Source: Heptranchias perlo
Taxonomy: Eukaryota
DNA length: 64,000 nucleotides
Direction of reading: 5' to 3'
Assembly (NCBI RefSeq): GCF_035084215.1
Contig: NC_090367.1
Location: 7,690,001-7,754,000 of the forward strand
The first letter of the stretch is position 1. The number at the start of each line of letters is the position of its first letter. Below the pieces are notes generated by a model. It was given only the letters and a program-made list of their open reading frames with translations, was not told the origin of the DNA and made no database searches. The position numbers and the translations under genes were made by a program. Shown here piece by piece: positions 1-12,679 of the stretch.

Positions 1-1760
1 CAGACGGACAGAGTCTGGTGAGTCAGGAGACAAAGGGACAGAGTTTGGGGAGTGGGGAGACAGAGGGACAGAGTTTGGGGAGTGGGGAGACAGAGGGACA
101 GAGTTTGGGGAGTGGGGAGACAGAGAGACAGAGTCTGGGGTGTAGAGAGACAGAGAGACAGAGTCTGCGGAGGAGGGAGACAGAGGGACAGAGCCTGGGG
201 GGTAGGGATTCAGAGAGACATGCCTGGGGGGTAGGGAGACAGAGCCTGGGGAGTAGAGAGACAGAGGGACAGAGTCTGGGGAGTCGGGAGACAGAGGGAC
301 AGAGTCTGTGTGGTAGGGAGACAGAGGGACAAAGTCTGGGAAGTAGACAGTCAGAGCGACATAGTCTGGGTGTTTGGGAGACCGAGAGACAGAGCCTGGG
401 GAGTGGACAGAAGAGAGACAGCGTCTGGGGAGTAGAGAGACAGAGAGACAGTCTGTGGAGTCGGGAGACAGAGGGACAGAGTCTGGGGAGTAGAGAGACA
501 GAGGGACAGAGTCTGGGGAATAGAGAGACAGAGGCACATAGTCTGGGGGTTCGGGAGACCGAGAGACAGAGCCTGGGGAGTGGAGAGAAGAGAGACAGCG
601 TCTGGGGAGTAGAGAGATAGAGTCTGTGGAGACGGGAGGCAGAGGGACAGAGTCTGGGGAGTAGAGAGCCAGACGGACAGAGTCTGGGGAGTCGGGAGAC
701 AGTGGGACAGAGTCTGGGGAGTCGGGAGACAGAGGGACAGAGTCTGGGGAGTCGGGAGACAGAGGGACAGAGTCTGGGGAGTCAGGAGACAGAGAGACAT
801 CATCTGGGGAATAGAGAGACAGAGTCTGGGGGATAGGGAGACAGCGAGACAGAGTCTGGGGAGTAGAGAGTCAGAGGGATAGAGTCTGGGGGTTTGGGAG
901 ACCGAGAGACAGAGCCTGGGGAGTGGAGAGAAGAGAGACAGAGTCTGTGTGGTAGGGAGACAGAGAGACAGAGTCTGGGAAGTAGAGAGTCAGAGGGACA
1001 TAGTCTGGGGGTTTGGGAGACCGAGAGACAGAGCCTGGGGAGCAGAGAGAAGAGAGACAGAGCCTGTGGAGTCGGGAGACAGAGGGACAGAGTTTGGGGA
1101 GTAGAGAGACAGAGATACAGACCCTGGGGAGTAGAGAGACAGAGGGACAGAGTCTGGGGAGTAGAGAGACAGAGGGACAGAGTCTGGGAAGTCGACAGAC
1201 AGAGTGACAGAGTCTGGGGAGTAGAGAGACAGAGGGACAGAGTCTGGGGGTTCGGGAGACCGAGAGACAGAGCCTGGGGAGTGGAGAGAAGAGAGACAGA
1301 ATCTGGGGAATAGAGAGACAGAGGGACAGAGTCTGTGGAGTCGAGAGACAGAGGGACAGAGTCTGGGGAGTAGAGAGCCAGACGGACAGAGTCTGGGGAG
1401 TCGGGAGACAGAGAGACAGAGTCTGGGGAGTCGGGAGACAGAGAGACAGAGTCTGGGGAGTAGAGAGACAGAGGGACAGAGGGACAGAGTCTGGGGAGTA
1501 GAGAGACAGAGGGACAGAGTCTGGGGAGTCAGGAGACAGAAAGACAGAGTCTGGGGAGTAGAGAGACAGAGGGACAGAGTCTGGGGAGCAGAGAGACAGA
1601 GGGACAGAGTCTGGGGAGTCGGGAGACAGATGGACAGAGTCTGGGGAGTGGGGAGACAGAGGGACACAGTCTGGGGAGTCGGGAGACAGATGGACAGACT
1701 CTGGGGAGTGGGGAGACACAGGGACAGAGTCTGGGGAGTGGGGAGACAGAGGGACAGAGC
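1..1760. repeat. Purine-rich ~30-bp minisatellite (GAGACAGAGGGACAGAGTCTGGGGAGTAGA-like), runs off the window start
   Basis: Unit reiterated with variants; explains the repetitive ORFs 18..620, 871..1929 etc. Confidence 0.95.
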
Positions 1761-2324
1761 CAGGTGGGTGGAGATGAGAAGCCCACCGCAGGGAGAGATA
1801 GCAAGCGAATCGGGGAGACTTGTAAACAGACCCCTGGAGCAGGGGGAGGAGGGAGTCCAGTGAGGGGGAAAAAGGCAATTCGAGAATTCCAAACAGATGT
1901 ACAAATTCCTTCCTCGAGGGCCACTTCACCTCAGTGAGGCCCTGCTGAGCAATTGTAAATCGGATTTACGTCCCTGGGAGTCTGGGCCAGTCGTTTAATG
2001 TGTGACTGGAGGTAATTGAATTGTGAGGGCCCTTTTGCGTATTGAGTCTTTGTGTAGCTTCATTCAGAACCAATCTGTTTGTTGAATATTGATATTAATG
2101 CATTCTATTCATTATGGCTGATGAGTTGCTGTAATTGTTTGAAGGAAAAACACTGTTAACATTTCATTTAAATTTAACTGGGAGTTTAATTATTAAAAAG
2201 GCACAGTCCCGAGAGGGGCCGAGAGGAATCGGCTCTGTGGCACTTCAATCACATTCGGCCCACAGCTTCCAGGGGGAGGAGTGAGAACAGAATGAGGACA
2301 GAGCAGAGAAATTTGAACTTTGGT

Positions 2325-2790
2325 CAGCTGTGGCTCAGTGGATATCACTCCCTCTCTCTCTCTCTCTCTCTCACTCTCTCTCTCGCCTCTGGGTCAAAAG
2401 GTCGTGGGTTCGAGCCCCACTCCAGAGACTTGAGCCCCATAATCCAGGCCGACACTCCTGAGGGAGTGCCGCACTGTCGGAGGTGCCGTCTTTCGGACGA
2501 GACGTTAGACCGAGGCCCCGTCTGCCCCTCCCACGGCCACTATTGGAAGAAGAGCAGGGTGGGAGTTCTCCCCGGTGTCCTGGGCCAATATTTATCCCTC
2601 AACCAACATCACTAACAAAACAGATTATCTGGTCATCATCACATTGCTGTTTGTGGGATCTTGCTGTGCACAAATTGGCTGCTGCGTTTCCTACATTACA
2701 ACACCTTAAAAATACTTCATTGGCTGTAAAGGGCATTTGGGACGTCCTGAGGTCGTGAAAGGCGCCATATAAATGCAAATTATTTATTTC
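2325..2790 (+). mobile_element. Near full-length tRNA-derived SINE, DeuSINE (SacSINE1-like) family
   Basis: A-box-like TGGCTCAGTGG, B-box-like GGTTCGAGCCC, central GAGGGAGTGCCGCACTGTCGGAGGTGCCGTCTTTCGGA core, tail GGCGCCATATAAATGCAA; more than 10 related copies in the window; (CT)n expansion in the head. Confidence 0.85.
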
Positions 2791-3074
2791 TAAAGAATGA
2801 GAAGGCCCTGATTGAGGGATTAGAAAGTATTATTGGAGCTCCCATGGCATTGCTCGTGGTGCCTGCACACGTCGGTGAATCGAGGCAAACTCGGACAATT
2901 AGCCCACACGGTGCGTGAAGCCTCACCTCCGCCTCCCTCCGGAGGTCACCGGACGATGGGTGTCTTCCTGTACAATCCCGACTGCAATCATTAAATAATC
3001 AACCTTAGCTGTGGCCCAGGAGAGAGCTTTAACCTCTCCAGTCTCACTCCCCCCCTCAACTCAGAATGATCCTC

Positions 3075-4320
3075 AGACCCCCAGACTCCCCCCTCCCCAG
3101 AATATTCCTCAGACCCCCAATTCCTCCACCTCAACCCAGAATATTCCTCAGACCCCCAATTCCCCCACCTCAACCCAGAATATTCCTCAGACCCCCAATT
3201 CCCCTCACCTCAACCCAGAATATTCCTCAGACCTCCAATTCCCCCACCTCAACCCAGAATATTCCTCAGACCCCCAATTCCCCTCACCTCAACCCAGAAT
3301 ATTCCTCAGACCTCCAATTCCCCCACCTCAACCCAGAATATTCCTCAGACCCCCAATTCCCCCACCTCAACCCAGAATATTCATCAGACCCCCAATTCCC
3401 CTCACCTCAACCCAGAATATTCCTCAGACCCCCAATTCCCCTCACCTCAACCCAGAATATTCCTCAGACCCCCAATTCCCCCACCTCAACCCAGAATATT
3501 CCTCAGACCCCCAATTCCCCTCACCTCAACCCAGAATATTCCTCAGACCCCCAATTCCTCCCACCTCAACCCAGAATATTCCTCAGACCCCCAACTCACC
3601 CCACCTCAACCCAGAATATTCCTCAGACCCCCAACTCACCCCACCTCAACCCAGAATATTCCTCAGACCCCCAATTCCCCCACCTCAACCCAGAATATTC
3701 CTCAGACCCCCAATTCCCCCACCTCAACCCAGAATATTCCTCAGACCCCCAGTCCCCCCCCAGAATATTCCTCAGACCCCCAATTCCTCCACCTCAACCC
3801 AGAATATTCCTCAGACCCCCAGTCCCCCCCCAGAATATTCCTCAGACCCCCAATTCCCCTCACCTCAACCCAGAATATTCCTCAGACCCCCAATTCTCCC
3901 ACCTCAACCCAGAATATTCCTCAGACCCCCAATTCCCCCACCTCAACCCAGAATATTCCTCAGACCCCCACCTCCCCACTCACCCCCCCAGAATATTCAT
4001 TAGAACCCCAGCTCACACGACCAGAATATCCCTTAGACCCCCCACCTCAACCCAGGATATCCCTTAGACCCCCAGCTCCACCCACCCCTCCCCAGAATAT
4101 TCCTTAGACCCCCAGCTCACCTCACCCCCCCAGAATATTCCTTCGACCACAGCTCCCCCCACCCCCCCCAGAATATTCCTCAGACCCCCAGCTCCCTCCC
4201 CAGAATATTCCTTAGACCCCCAGTCCACCCCCCCAGAATATTCCTTAGACCCCCCAGCTTCCCCCCCCCAGAATATTCCTTAGACCCCCAGTTCCCCCCC
4301 CCCACCCCAGAATATGCACC
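3075..4320. repeat. C-rich ~38-39-bp minisatellite (CCCAGAATATTCCTCAGACCCCCAATTCCCCCACCTCAA)
   Basis: Direct tandem reiteration, degenerating after ~3960. Confidence 0.95.
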
Positions 4321-4749
4321 CTTTTCCCCAGCTCGGCCTCTCTGGACCCGCTGTGTCCTTGGCGTATAAGCCGGGCCCTTACCCCTGGCAGGCTGGCAGC
4401 GGAGGCTGGCATTTTGGGGCAAGGAACGAAGCAAAGGATTAAGAACTTTGTTGGGGGGGGGGGTCGTAAAGGGATCAAGGGACCAATGAGAGAGGCTCAG
4501 GATGGAAATCCGTAAAGAAATGAGGAGTAGCCACCGCAGTGGGAACGGAGAATAATGAACAGGCCCGTCCGAGGGTGGAATGAACTCAACCAAATGGGAT
4601 ACCAACATGGCCACGGAAAAGACCATGGAGATGGTACTCCTCACCGATGGGTGACCAACTGGTAGATGGTCCCCTAGACTAACAACACCTTGAACCTAGT
4701 AAAATGTCCCAAGGCGCCTCACAGGAACGTAATCGGACAGAAATTGGAT

Positions 4750-5445
4750 CAGGTCGCCCCCTCAGCCTCCTCTTTTCCAGAGAAAAAAGCCCCAGCCTGT
4801 TCAGCCTTTCCTGATAAGTATATCCTCTCAGTTCTGGTATCATCCTTGTGAATCCTTTTTTTGCACCGTCTCCAGTGCCTCTATATCCATTTTACAATAT
4901 GGAGACCAGAACTGTTCACAATGCTCCAAGTGCGATCTAACCAAGGTTCGATACAAGTTTAACATAACTTCTCTGCTTTTCAATTCTATCCCTCGAGAAA
5001 CGAACCCCAGTGCTTGATTTGCCTGTTTATGGCCTTATTAATGTGAGTCGCTACTTTTAGTGATTTGTGTATCTGTACCCCCAGATCCCTCTGCTCCTCT
5101 ATCCCATTTAGACTCTTATTATCCAAGCAGTGTGTGGCCTCCTTATTCTTCCTACCAAAATGCACCACCTCACACTTATCCATATTGAAATTCATTTGCC
5201 AATTACACGCTCATTCTGTACGTTTATTAATGCCCCCTTGCATTTTGACACATTCTTCCTTTGGATTAACTGCACCCTGCAATTTGGCGTCGTCCGCAAA
5301 TTTTGAAATTGTGCTTCTGACTCCCGAGTCCAAATCGTTAATGTGAATTGTGAGCAACAGTGGTCCCAGCACCGATCCCTGTGGAACACCACTTCCCACC
5401 GTCCGCCAGTCCGAGTGGCTACCCTAAACCCCTACTCTCTGGTTT
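4750..5445 (-). mobile_element. Degenerate CR1-clade LINE reverse transcriptase fragment
   Basis: Minus-strand translation GSGVPQGSVLGPLLLTIHINDLD...ISKFADDAKL and FNMDKCEVVHFGRKN; frameshifted. Confidence 0.9.
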
Positions 5446-5765
5446 CTGTGCAGTGTCCCTGCACGAACCGGTGTGCTGACCAAGTAACGTTGGGGGGGGA
5501 CTCTAGAGGGGGACGTCCCACTTGACACTGGACACCACGGAACAACCCAAGGACTCCCCTGGACAGGACAATCAAAACGTGCCTCACCTTTTGTGCCTGT
5601 AATGACGACAGTCAATCAGAGAGCCATCACTGGATGAGAAAATTCTCTTTATGACCACTTACCCTCTTCTGAACTGAAGATTATTTTACCGGAATCGTTT
5701 GTGTCTATTTTGTAACTCAATCAAACCTGTTTCCACTGCCACCTCCTCAACGATTTTCCACATCG

Positions 5766-5804
5766 TTCACCTGAGGAAGGAGGTAGCCTCCGAAAGCTTG
5801 TGAA
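5766..5804 (+). ncRNA. Minimal type I hammerhead ribozyme-like motif
   Basis: Stem I TTCAC/GTGAA; core CTGAGGA; extra A; stem II GGAGG-tag-CCTCC; core GAAA; palindromic AGCT in place of stem III; putative cleavage triplet CUU. Confidence 0.6.
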
Positions 5805-5892
5805 TTTAAAATAAAATTGCTGGACTATAACTTGGTGTTGTAAAATTGTTTACAATTGTCAACCCCAGTCCATCACCGGCATCTCCACATCA
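5766..5892 (+). mobile_element. Penelope-like element terminal fragment
   Basis: CACCTGAGGAAGGAG..CTCCGAAAGCTTGTG...AAATAAAA..TGGACTATAACTTGGTGTTGT...CCCCAGTCCATCACCGGCATCTCCACATCA, recognised as a shark PLE-type end; contains a hammerhead motif. Confidence 0.6.
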
Positions 5893-6149
5893 TGTCCTCC
5901 TCAGTGGAAAGAATAACTTGTTTCCCCGTGTGGAGGGATTGTGCGACTGCTTGGCCGACTCACTTTTATTGAATTCCTCGCACTCTTTATTTCCTTGTCC
6001 CCTTTTGTCCCAGTTGTCGAGCGATAACTCGTAGGTCGCAGAATTCAGCTGGCTTTATTTACCAATCCCAATCCCTTCCGCGCTTTTCATGCGCTGGAGG
6101 TGTTCGCTCCCCAAGCTGTAAGTTTATTTTCACCAACTGACTTTTCCAG

Positions 6150-6620
6150 GAGCAGGAGGAGGCCATTCAGCCCCTCGAGCCCCGTTCCGCCATTCAATTA
6201 GATTGTGGCTGAGCTGTATCTCAACTCCATTTACCCGCCTTTGCTCCCTTGTTCCCCTTCCCCAACAAAAATCTATCGATCTCAGCCTTGAAAGCTCCAA
6301 TCGTCACCCAGCATCTGCAGCCTTCTTTCATCCCTGGTACCATCCTGGTAAACCTCCTCTGCACCCTCTCCAAGGCCTTGACATCCTTCCTCAAGTGTGG
6401 GGCCCAGAATTGAACACAATACTCCAGCTGAGGCCTAACCAGTGATTTGTAAAGGTTTAGATAACCCCTCAATCTTCTACACTCGAGGGAATACAAGCCT
6501 CGTCTCTGCAACCTGTCCTCGTAATTTAACCCTTTTAGCCCCGGTATCATTCTGGTGAATCAGCCCTGCACCCCCTCCAAGGCCGATATATCCTTCCTAA
6601 GGGGGCAGTGCCCAGAACTG
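6150..6620 (-). mobile_element. Composite CR1 LINE 3' fragments
   Basis: [61 protein letters not shown] and the CR1 3' UTR (GGCTCGAGGGGCTGAATGGCCTCCTCCTG). Confidence 0.85.
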
Positions 6621-6983
6621 AACCTCTGTTTTCTGCCTCTCACCGTTCCTCCTCTCACCGATCTCGACCTCTCCTCATCGAGAGGTCAACACCTCCGATT
6701 GTCCCGACCCTTGGGGAGGTCATGTGCCAATGGGGATGTATGCCCGACATTGAGTCAGGAAAGGAGAGGGAGAGGGTGAGAGTCAGAGGGGAGAGAAAGA
6801 TGGCACTCCCCATTCTGTGCAGTGGCCATGCTTTTGAAGCTATCAACGGGCAGTAAAGCATCAACAATACTTCTTTCAGTAAATAAGTTGAATTTACTGC
6901 TGGTGAGCTGAACCCTCCCACATGAGGTTCTGGGGTGGGGTCCCAGGGGCTCCCCATCAAACGCGACCCCAACAAGGGTGGAA

Positions 6984-9900
6984 ATTCCAGCAGGAACCAC
7001 TCAACACACTGAGCATATTCCAGCAGGAACCACTCAACACACTGAGCATATTCCAGCAGGGACTACTCAACACACTGAGCATATTCCAGCAGGAACCACT
7101 CAACACACTGAGCATATCCCAGCAGGAACCACTCAACACACTGAGCATATTCCAGCAGGAACCACTCAACACACTGAGCATATCCCAGCAGGAACCACTC
7201 AACACACTGAGCATATTCCAGCAGGAACCACTCAACACACTGAGCATATCCCAGCAGGAACCACTCAACACACTGAGCATATCCCAGCAGGAACAACTCA
7301 ACACACTGAGCATATTCCAGCAGGAACAACTCAACACACTGAGCATATTCCAGCAGGGACTACTCAACACACTGAGCATATCCCAGCAGGAACCACTCAA
7401 CACACTGAGCATATCCCAGCAGGAACCACTCAACACACTGAGCATATCCCAGCAGGAACCACTCAACACACTGAGCATATTCCAGCAGGAACCACTCCAT
7501 ACACTGAGCATATTCCAGCAGGAACCACTCAACACACTGAGCATATCCCAGCAGGAACCACTCAACACACTGAGCATATCCCAGCAGGAACCACTCCACA
7601 CACTGAGCATATTCCAGCAGGAACCACTCAATACACTGAGCATATTCCAGCAGGGACTACTCAACACACTGAGCATATTCCAGCAGGAACAACTCAACAC
7701 ACTGAGCATATTCCAGCAGGGACTACTCAACACACTGAGCATATTCCAGCAGGAACCACTCAACACACTGAGCATATCCCAGCAGGAACCACTCCATACA
7801 CTGAGCATATCCCAGCAGGAACCACTCCACACACTGAGCATATTCCAGCAGGAACCACTCAATACACTGAGCATATTCCAGCAGGAACCACTCAACACAC
7901 TGAGCATATTCCAGCAGGAACCACTCCATACACTGAGCATATCCCAGCAGGAACCACTCCACACACTGAGCATATCCCAGCAGGAACCACTCAACACACT
8001 GAGCATATTCCAGCAGGAACCACTCAACACACTGAGCATATCCCAGCAGGAACCACTCAACACACTGAGCATATTCCAGCAGGAACCACTCAACACACTG
8101 AGCATATCCCAGCAGGAACCACTCAACACACTGAGCATATCCCAGCAGGAACAACTCAACACACTGAGCATATTCCAGCAGGAACAACTCAACACACTGA
8201 GCATATTCCAGCAGGGACTACTCAACACACTGATCATATCCCAGCAGGAACCACTCAACACACTGAGCATATCCCAGCAGGAACCACTCAACACACTGAG
8301 CATATCCCAGCAGGAACCACTCAACACACTGAGCATATTCCAGCAGGAACCACTCCATACACTGAGCATATTCCAGCAGGAACCACTCAACACACTGAGC
8401 ATATCCCAGCAGGAACCACTCAACACACTGAGCATATTCCAGCAGGAACCACTCCACACACTGAGCATATTCCAGCAGGAACCACTCAATACACTGAGCA
8501 TATTCCAGCAGGGACTACTCAACACACTGAGCATATTCCAGCAGGAACAACTCAACACACTGAGCATATTCCAGCAGGGACTACTCAACACACTGAGCAT
8601 ATTCCAGCAGGAACCACTCAACACACTGAGCATATCCCAGCAGGAACCACTCCATACACTGAGCATATCCCAGCAGGAACCACTCCACACACTGAGCATA
8701 TTCCAGCAGGAACCACTCAATACACTGAGCATATTCCAGCAGGAACCACTCAACACACTGAGCATATTCCAGCAGGAACCACTCCATACACTGAGCATAT
8801 CCCAGCAGGAACCACTCCACACACTGAGCATATCCCAGCAGGAACCACTCAACACACTGAGCATATCCCAGCAGGAACCACTCCACACACTGAGCATATC
8901 CCAGCAGGAACCACTCAACACACTGAGCATATTCCAGCAGGAACCACTCCATACACTGAGCATATCCCAGCAGGAACCACTCAACACACTGAGCATATCC
9001 CAGCAGGAACCACTCAACACACTGAGCATATCCCAGCAGGAACCACTCCATACACTGAGCATATTCCAGCAGGAACCACTCAATACACTGAGCATATTCC
9101 AGCAGGAACCACTCAACACACTGAGCATATTCCAGCAGGAACCACTCCATACACTGAGCATATCCCAGCAGGAACCACTCCACACACTGAGCATATCCCA
9201 GCAGGAACCACTCAACACACTGAGCATATCCCAGCAGGAACCACTCCACACACTGAGCATATCCCAGCAGGAACCACTCAACACACTGAGCATATTCCAG
9301 CAGGAACCACTCCATACACTGAGCATATCCCAGCAGGAACCACTCCATACACTGAGCATATTCCAGCAGGAACCACTCAACACACTGAGCATATTCCAGC
9401 AGGAACCACTCAACACACTGAGCATATTCCAGCATGAACCACTCCACACACTGAGCATATTCCAGCAGGAACCACTCCACACACTGAGCATATCCCAGCA
9501 GGAACCACTCAACACACTGAGCATATCCCAGCAGGAACCACTCCACACACTGAGCATATCCCAGCAGGAACCACTCCACACACTGAGCATATTCCAGCAG
9601 GAACCACTCAACACACTGAGCATATCCCAGCAGGAACCACTCAACACACTGAGCATATTCCAGCAGGAACCACTCAACACACTGAGCATATCCCAGCAGG
9701 AACCACTCAACACACTGAGCATATTCCAGCAGGAACCACTCAACACACTGAGCATATCCCAGCAGGAACCACTCAACACACTGAGCATATCCCAGCAGGA
9801 ACCACTCAACACACTGAGCATATTCCAGCAGGAACCACTCCACACACTGAGCATATTCCAGCAGGAACCACTCAACACACTGAGCATATTCCAGCAGGAA

Positions 9901-12377
9901 CCACTCCACACACTGAGCATATTCCAGCAGGTATCACTCAACACACTGAGCATATTCCAGCAGGGACTACTCAACACACTGAGCATATTCCAGCAGGAAC
10001 CACTCCACACACTGAGCATATCCCAGCAGGAACCACTCCACACACTGAGCATATCCCAGCAGGAACCACTCCACACACTGAGCATATCCCAGCAGGAACC
10101 ACTCAACACACTGAGCATATTCCAGCAGGAACCACTCCACACACTGAGCATATCCCAGCAGGAACCACTCCACACACTGAGCATATCCCAGCAGGAACCA
10201 CTCCATACACTGAGCATATTCCAGCAGGAACCACTCCACACACTGAGCATATCCCAGCAGGAACCACTCAACACACTGAGCATATCCCAGCAGGAACCAC
10301 TCAACACACTGAGCATATTCCAGCAGGAACCACTCAACACACTGAGCATATCCCAGCAGGAACCACTCAACACACTGAGCATATTCCAGCAGGAACCACT
10401 CAACACACTGAGCATATCCCAGCAGGAACCACTCAACACACTGAGCATATCCCAGCAGGAACCACTCAACACACTGAGCATATTCCAGCAGGAACCACTC
10501 AACACACTGAGCATATTCCAGCAGGAACCACTCCACACACTGAGCATATTCCAGCAGGAACTACTCAACACACTGAGCATATTCCAGCAGGAACCACTCC
10601 ACACACTGAGCATATTCCAGCAGGTATCACTCAACACACTGAGCATATTCCAGCAGGGACTACTCAACACACTGAGCATATTCCAGCAGGAACCACTCCA
10701 CACACTGAGCATATCCCAGCAGGAACCACTCAACACACTGAGCATATTCCAGCAGGAACCACTCCACACACTGAGCATATCCCAGCAGGAACCACTCCAC
10801 ACACTGAGCATATCCCAGCAGGAACCACTCCATACACTGAGCATATTCCAGCAGGAACCACTCCACACACTGAGCATATCCCAGCAGGAACCACTCCATA
10901 CACTGAGCATATCCCAGCAGGAACCACTCCACACACTGAGCATATTCCAGCAGGAACCACTCAACACACTGAGCATATCCCAGCAGGAACCACTCAACAC
11001 ACTGAGCATATCCCAGCAGGAACCACTCAACACACTGAGCATATCCCAGCAGGAACCACTCAACACACTGAGCATATCCCAGCAGGAACCACTCCACACA
11101 CTGAGCATATTCCAGCAGGAACCACTCAACACACTGAGCATATTCCAGCAGGGACTACTCAACACACTGAGCATATCCCAGCAGGAACCACTCAACACAC
11201 TGAGCATATCCCAGCAGGAACCACTCAACACACTGAGCATATCCCAGCAGGAACCACTCAACACACTGAGCATATTCCAGCAGGAACCACTCAACACACT
11301 GAGCATATCCCAGCAGGTATCACTCAACACACTGAGCATATTCCAGCAGGAACCACTCAACACACTGAGCATATCCCAGCAGGAACTACTCAACACACTG
11401 AGCATATTCCAGCAGGAACCACTCCACACACTGAGCATATTCCAGCAGGAACCACTCCATACACTGAGCATATCCCAGCAGGAACCACTCAACACACTGA
11501 GCATATCCCAGCAGGAACCACTCCACACACTGAGCATATTCCAGCAGGAACCACTCCATACACTGAGCATATTCCAGCAGGAACCACTCCACACACTGAG
11601 CATATTCCAGCAGGAACCACTCAACACACTGAGCATATTCCAGCAGGAACCACTCAACACACTGAGCATATCCCAGCAGGAACCACTCAACACACTGAGC
11701 ATATCCCAGCAGGAACCACTCAACACACTGAGCATATTCCAGCAGGAACCACTCCACACACTGAGCATATCCCAGCAGGAACCACTCAACACACTGAGCA
11801 TATTCCAGCAGGAACCACTCAACACACTGAGCATATCCCAGCAGGAACCACTCAACACACTGAGCATATCCCAGCAGGAACCACTCAACACACTGAGCAT
11901 ATCCCAGCAGGTATCACTCAACACACTGAGCATATCCCAGCAGGAACCACTCCACACACTGAGCATATCCCAGCAGGAACCACTCAACACACTGAGCATA
12001 TTCCAGCAGGAACCACTCAACACACTGAGCATATCCCAGCAGGAACCACTCAACACACTGAGCATATCCCAGCAGGAACCACTCAACACACTGAGCATAT
12101 CCCAGCAGGTATCACTCAACACACTGAGCATATCCCAGCAGGAACCACTCAACACACTGAGCATATCCCAGCAGGTATCACTCAACACACTGAGCATATC
12201 CCAGCAGGTATCACTCAACACACTGAGCATATCCCAGCAGGAACTACTCAAAACACTGAGCATATTCCAGCAGGAACCACTCAACACACTGAGCATATCC
12301 CAGCAGGTATCACTCCACACAGTGAGCATATTCCAGCAGGTATCACTCAACACACTGAGCATATCCCAGTAGGAACC
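6984..12377. repeat. 5.4-kb, 33-bp minisatellite (CATATTCCAGCAGGAACCACTCAACACACTGAG), about 163 copies
   Basis: Strict 33-bp period with no visible indels; 11-aa periodic ORFs on both strands. Confidence 0.98.
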
Positions 12378-12679
12378 ATTGCACCTGAAAGACCCACACA
12401 TGACCCCTTTGGTGTCCCAGCCCTATCCAGGAGCCTCCCAGAATGAAGCCTCATTTCCCAGCAGAAACCATCAGCTCCATTCGAGGGACACAGGCCTGTC
12501 ACCCAGCAAGGATGTGGTAGGTTTTGTATCTTGGTGTGTTTGTGTAATCGAGTGTGTGTGTCACACTACTGAACACAGGAAGCACTGCCTCACATTCACT
12601 GCACAATTTACATTTACTTCAGCAATTCAAAATCTGTCAACACCAAGATATTTATAAATCTGTCTCTCCTCATCAATAT

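Noticed and set aside
2328..2425. tRNA gene
   Set aside because: A and B boxes belong to a SINE head interrupted by (CT)n; no cloverleaf.
6922..12401. 1816-aa (+) and 1814-aa (-) ORFs as genes
   Set aside because: Both result from a 33-bp unit that lacks stops in those frames; open on both strands, most variants non-synonymous, no unique domain.
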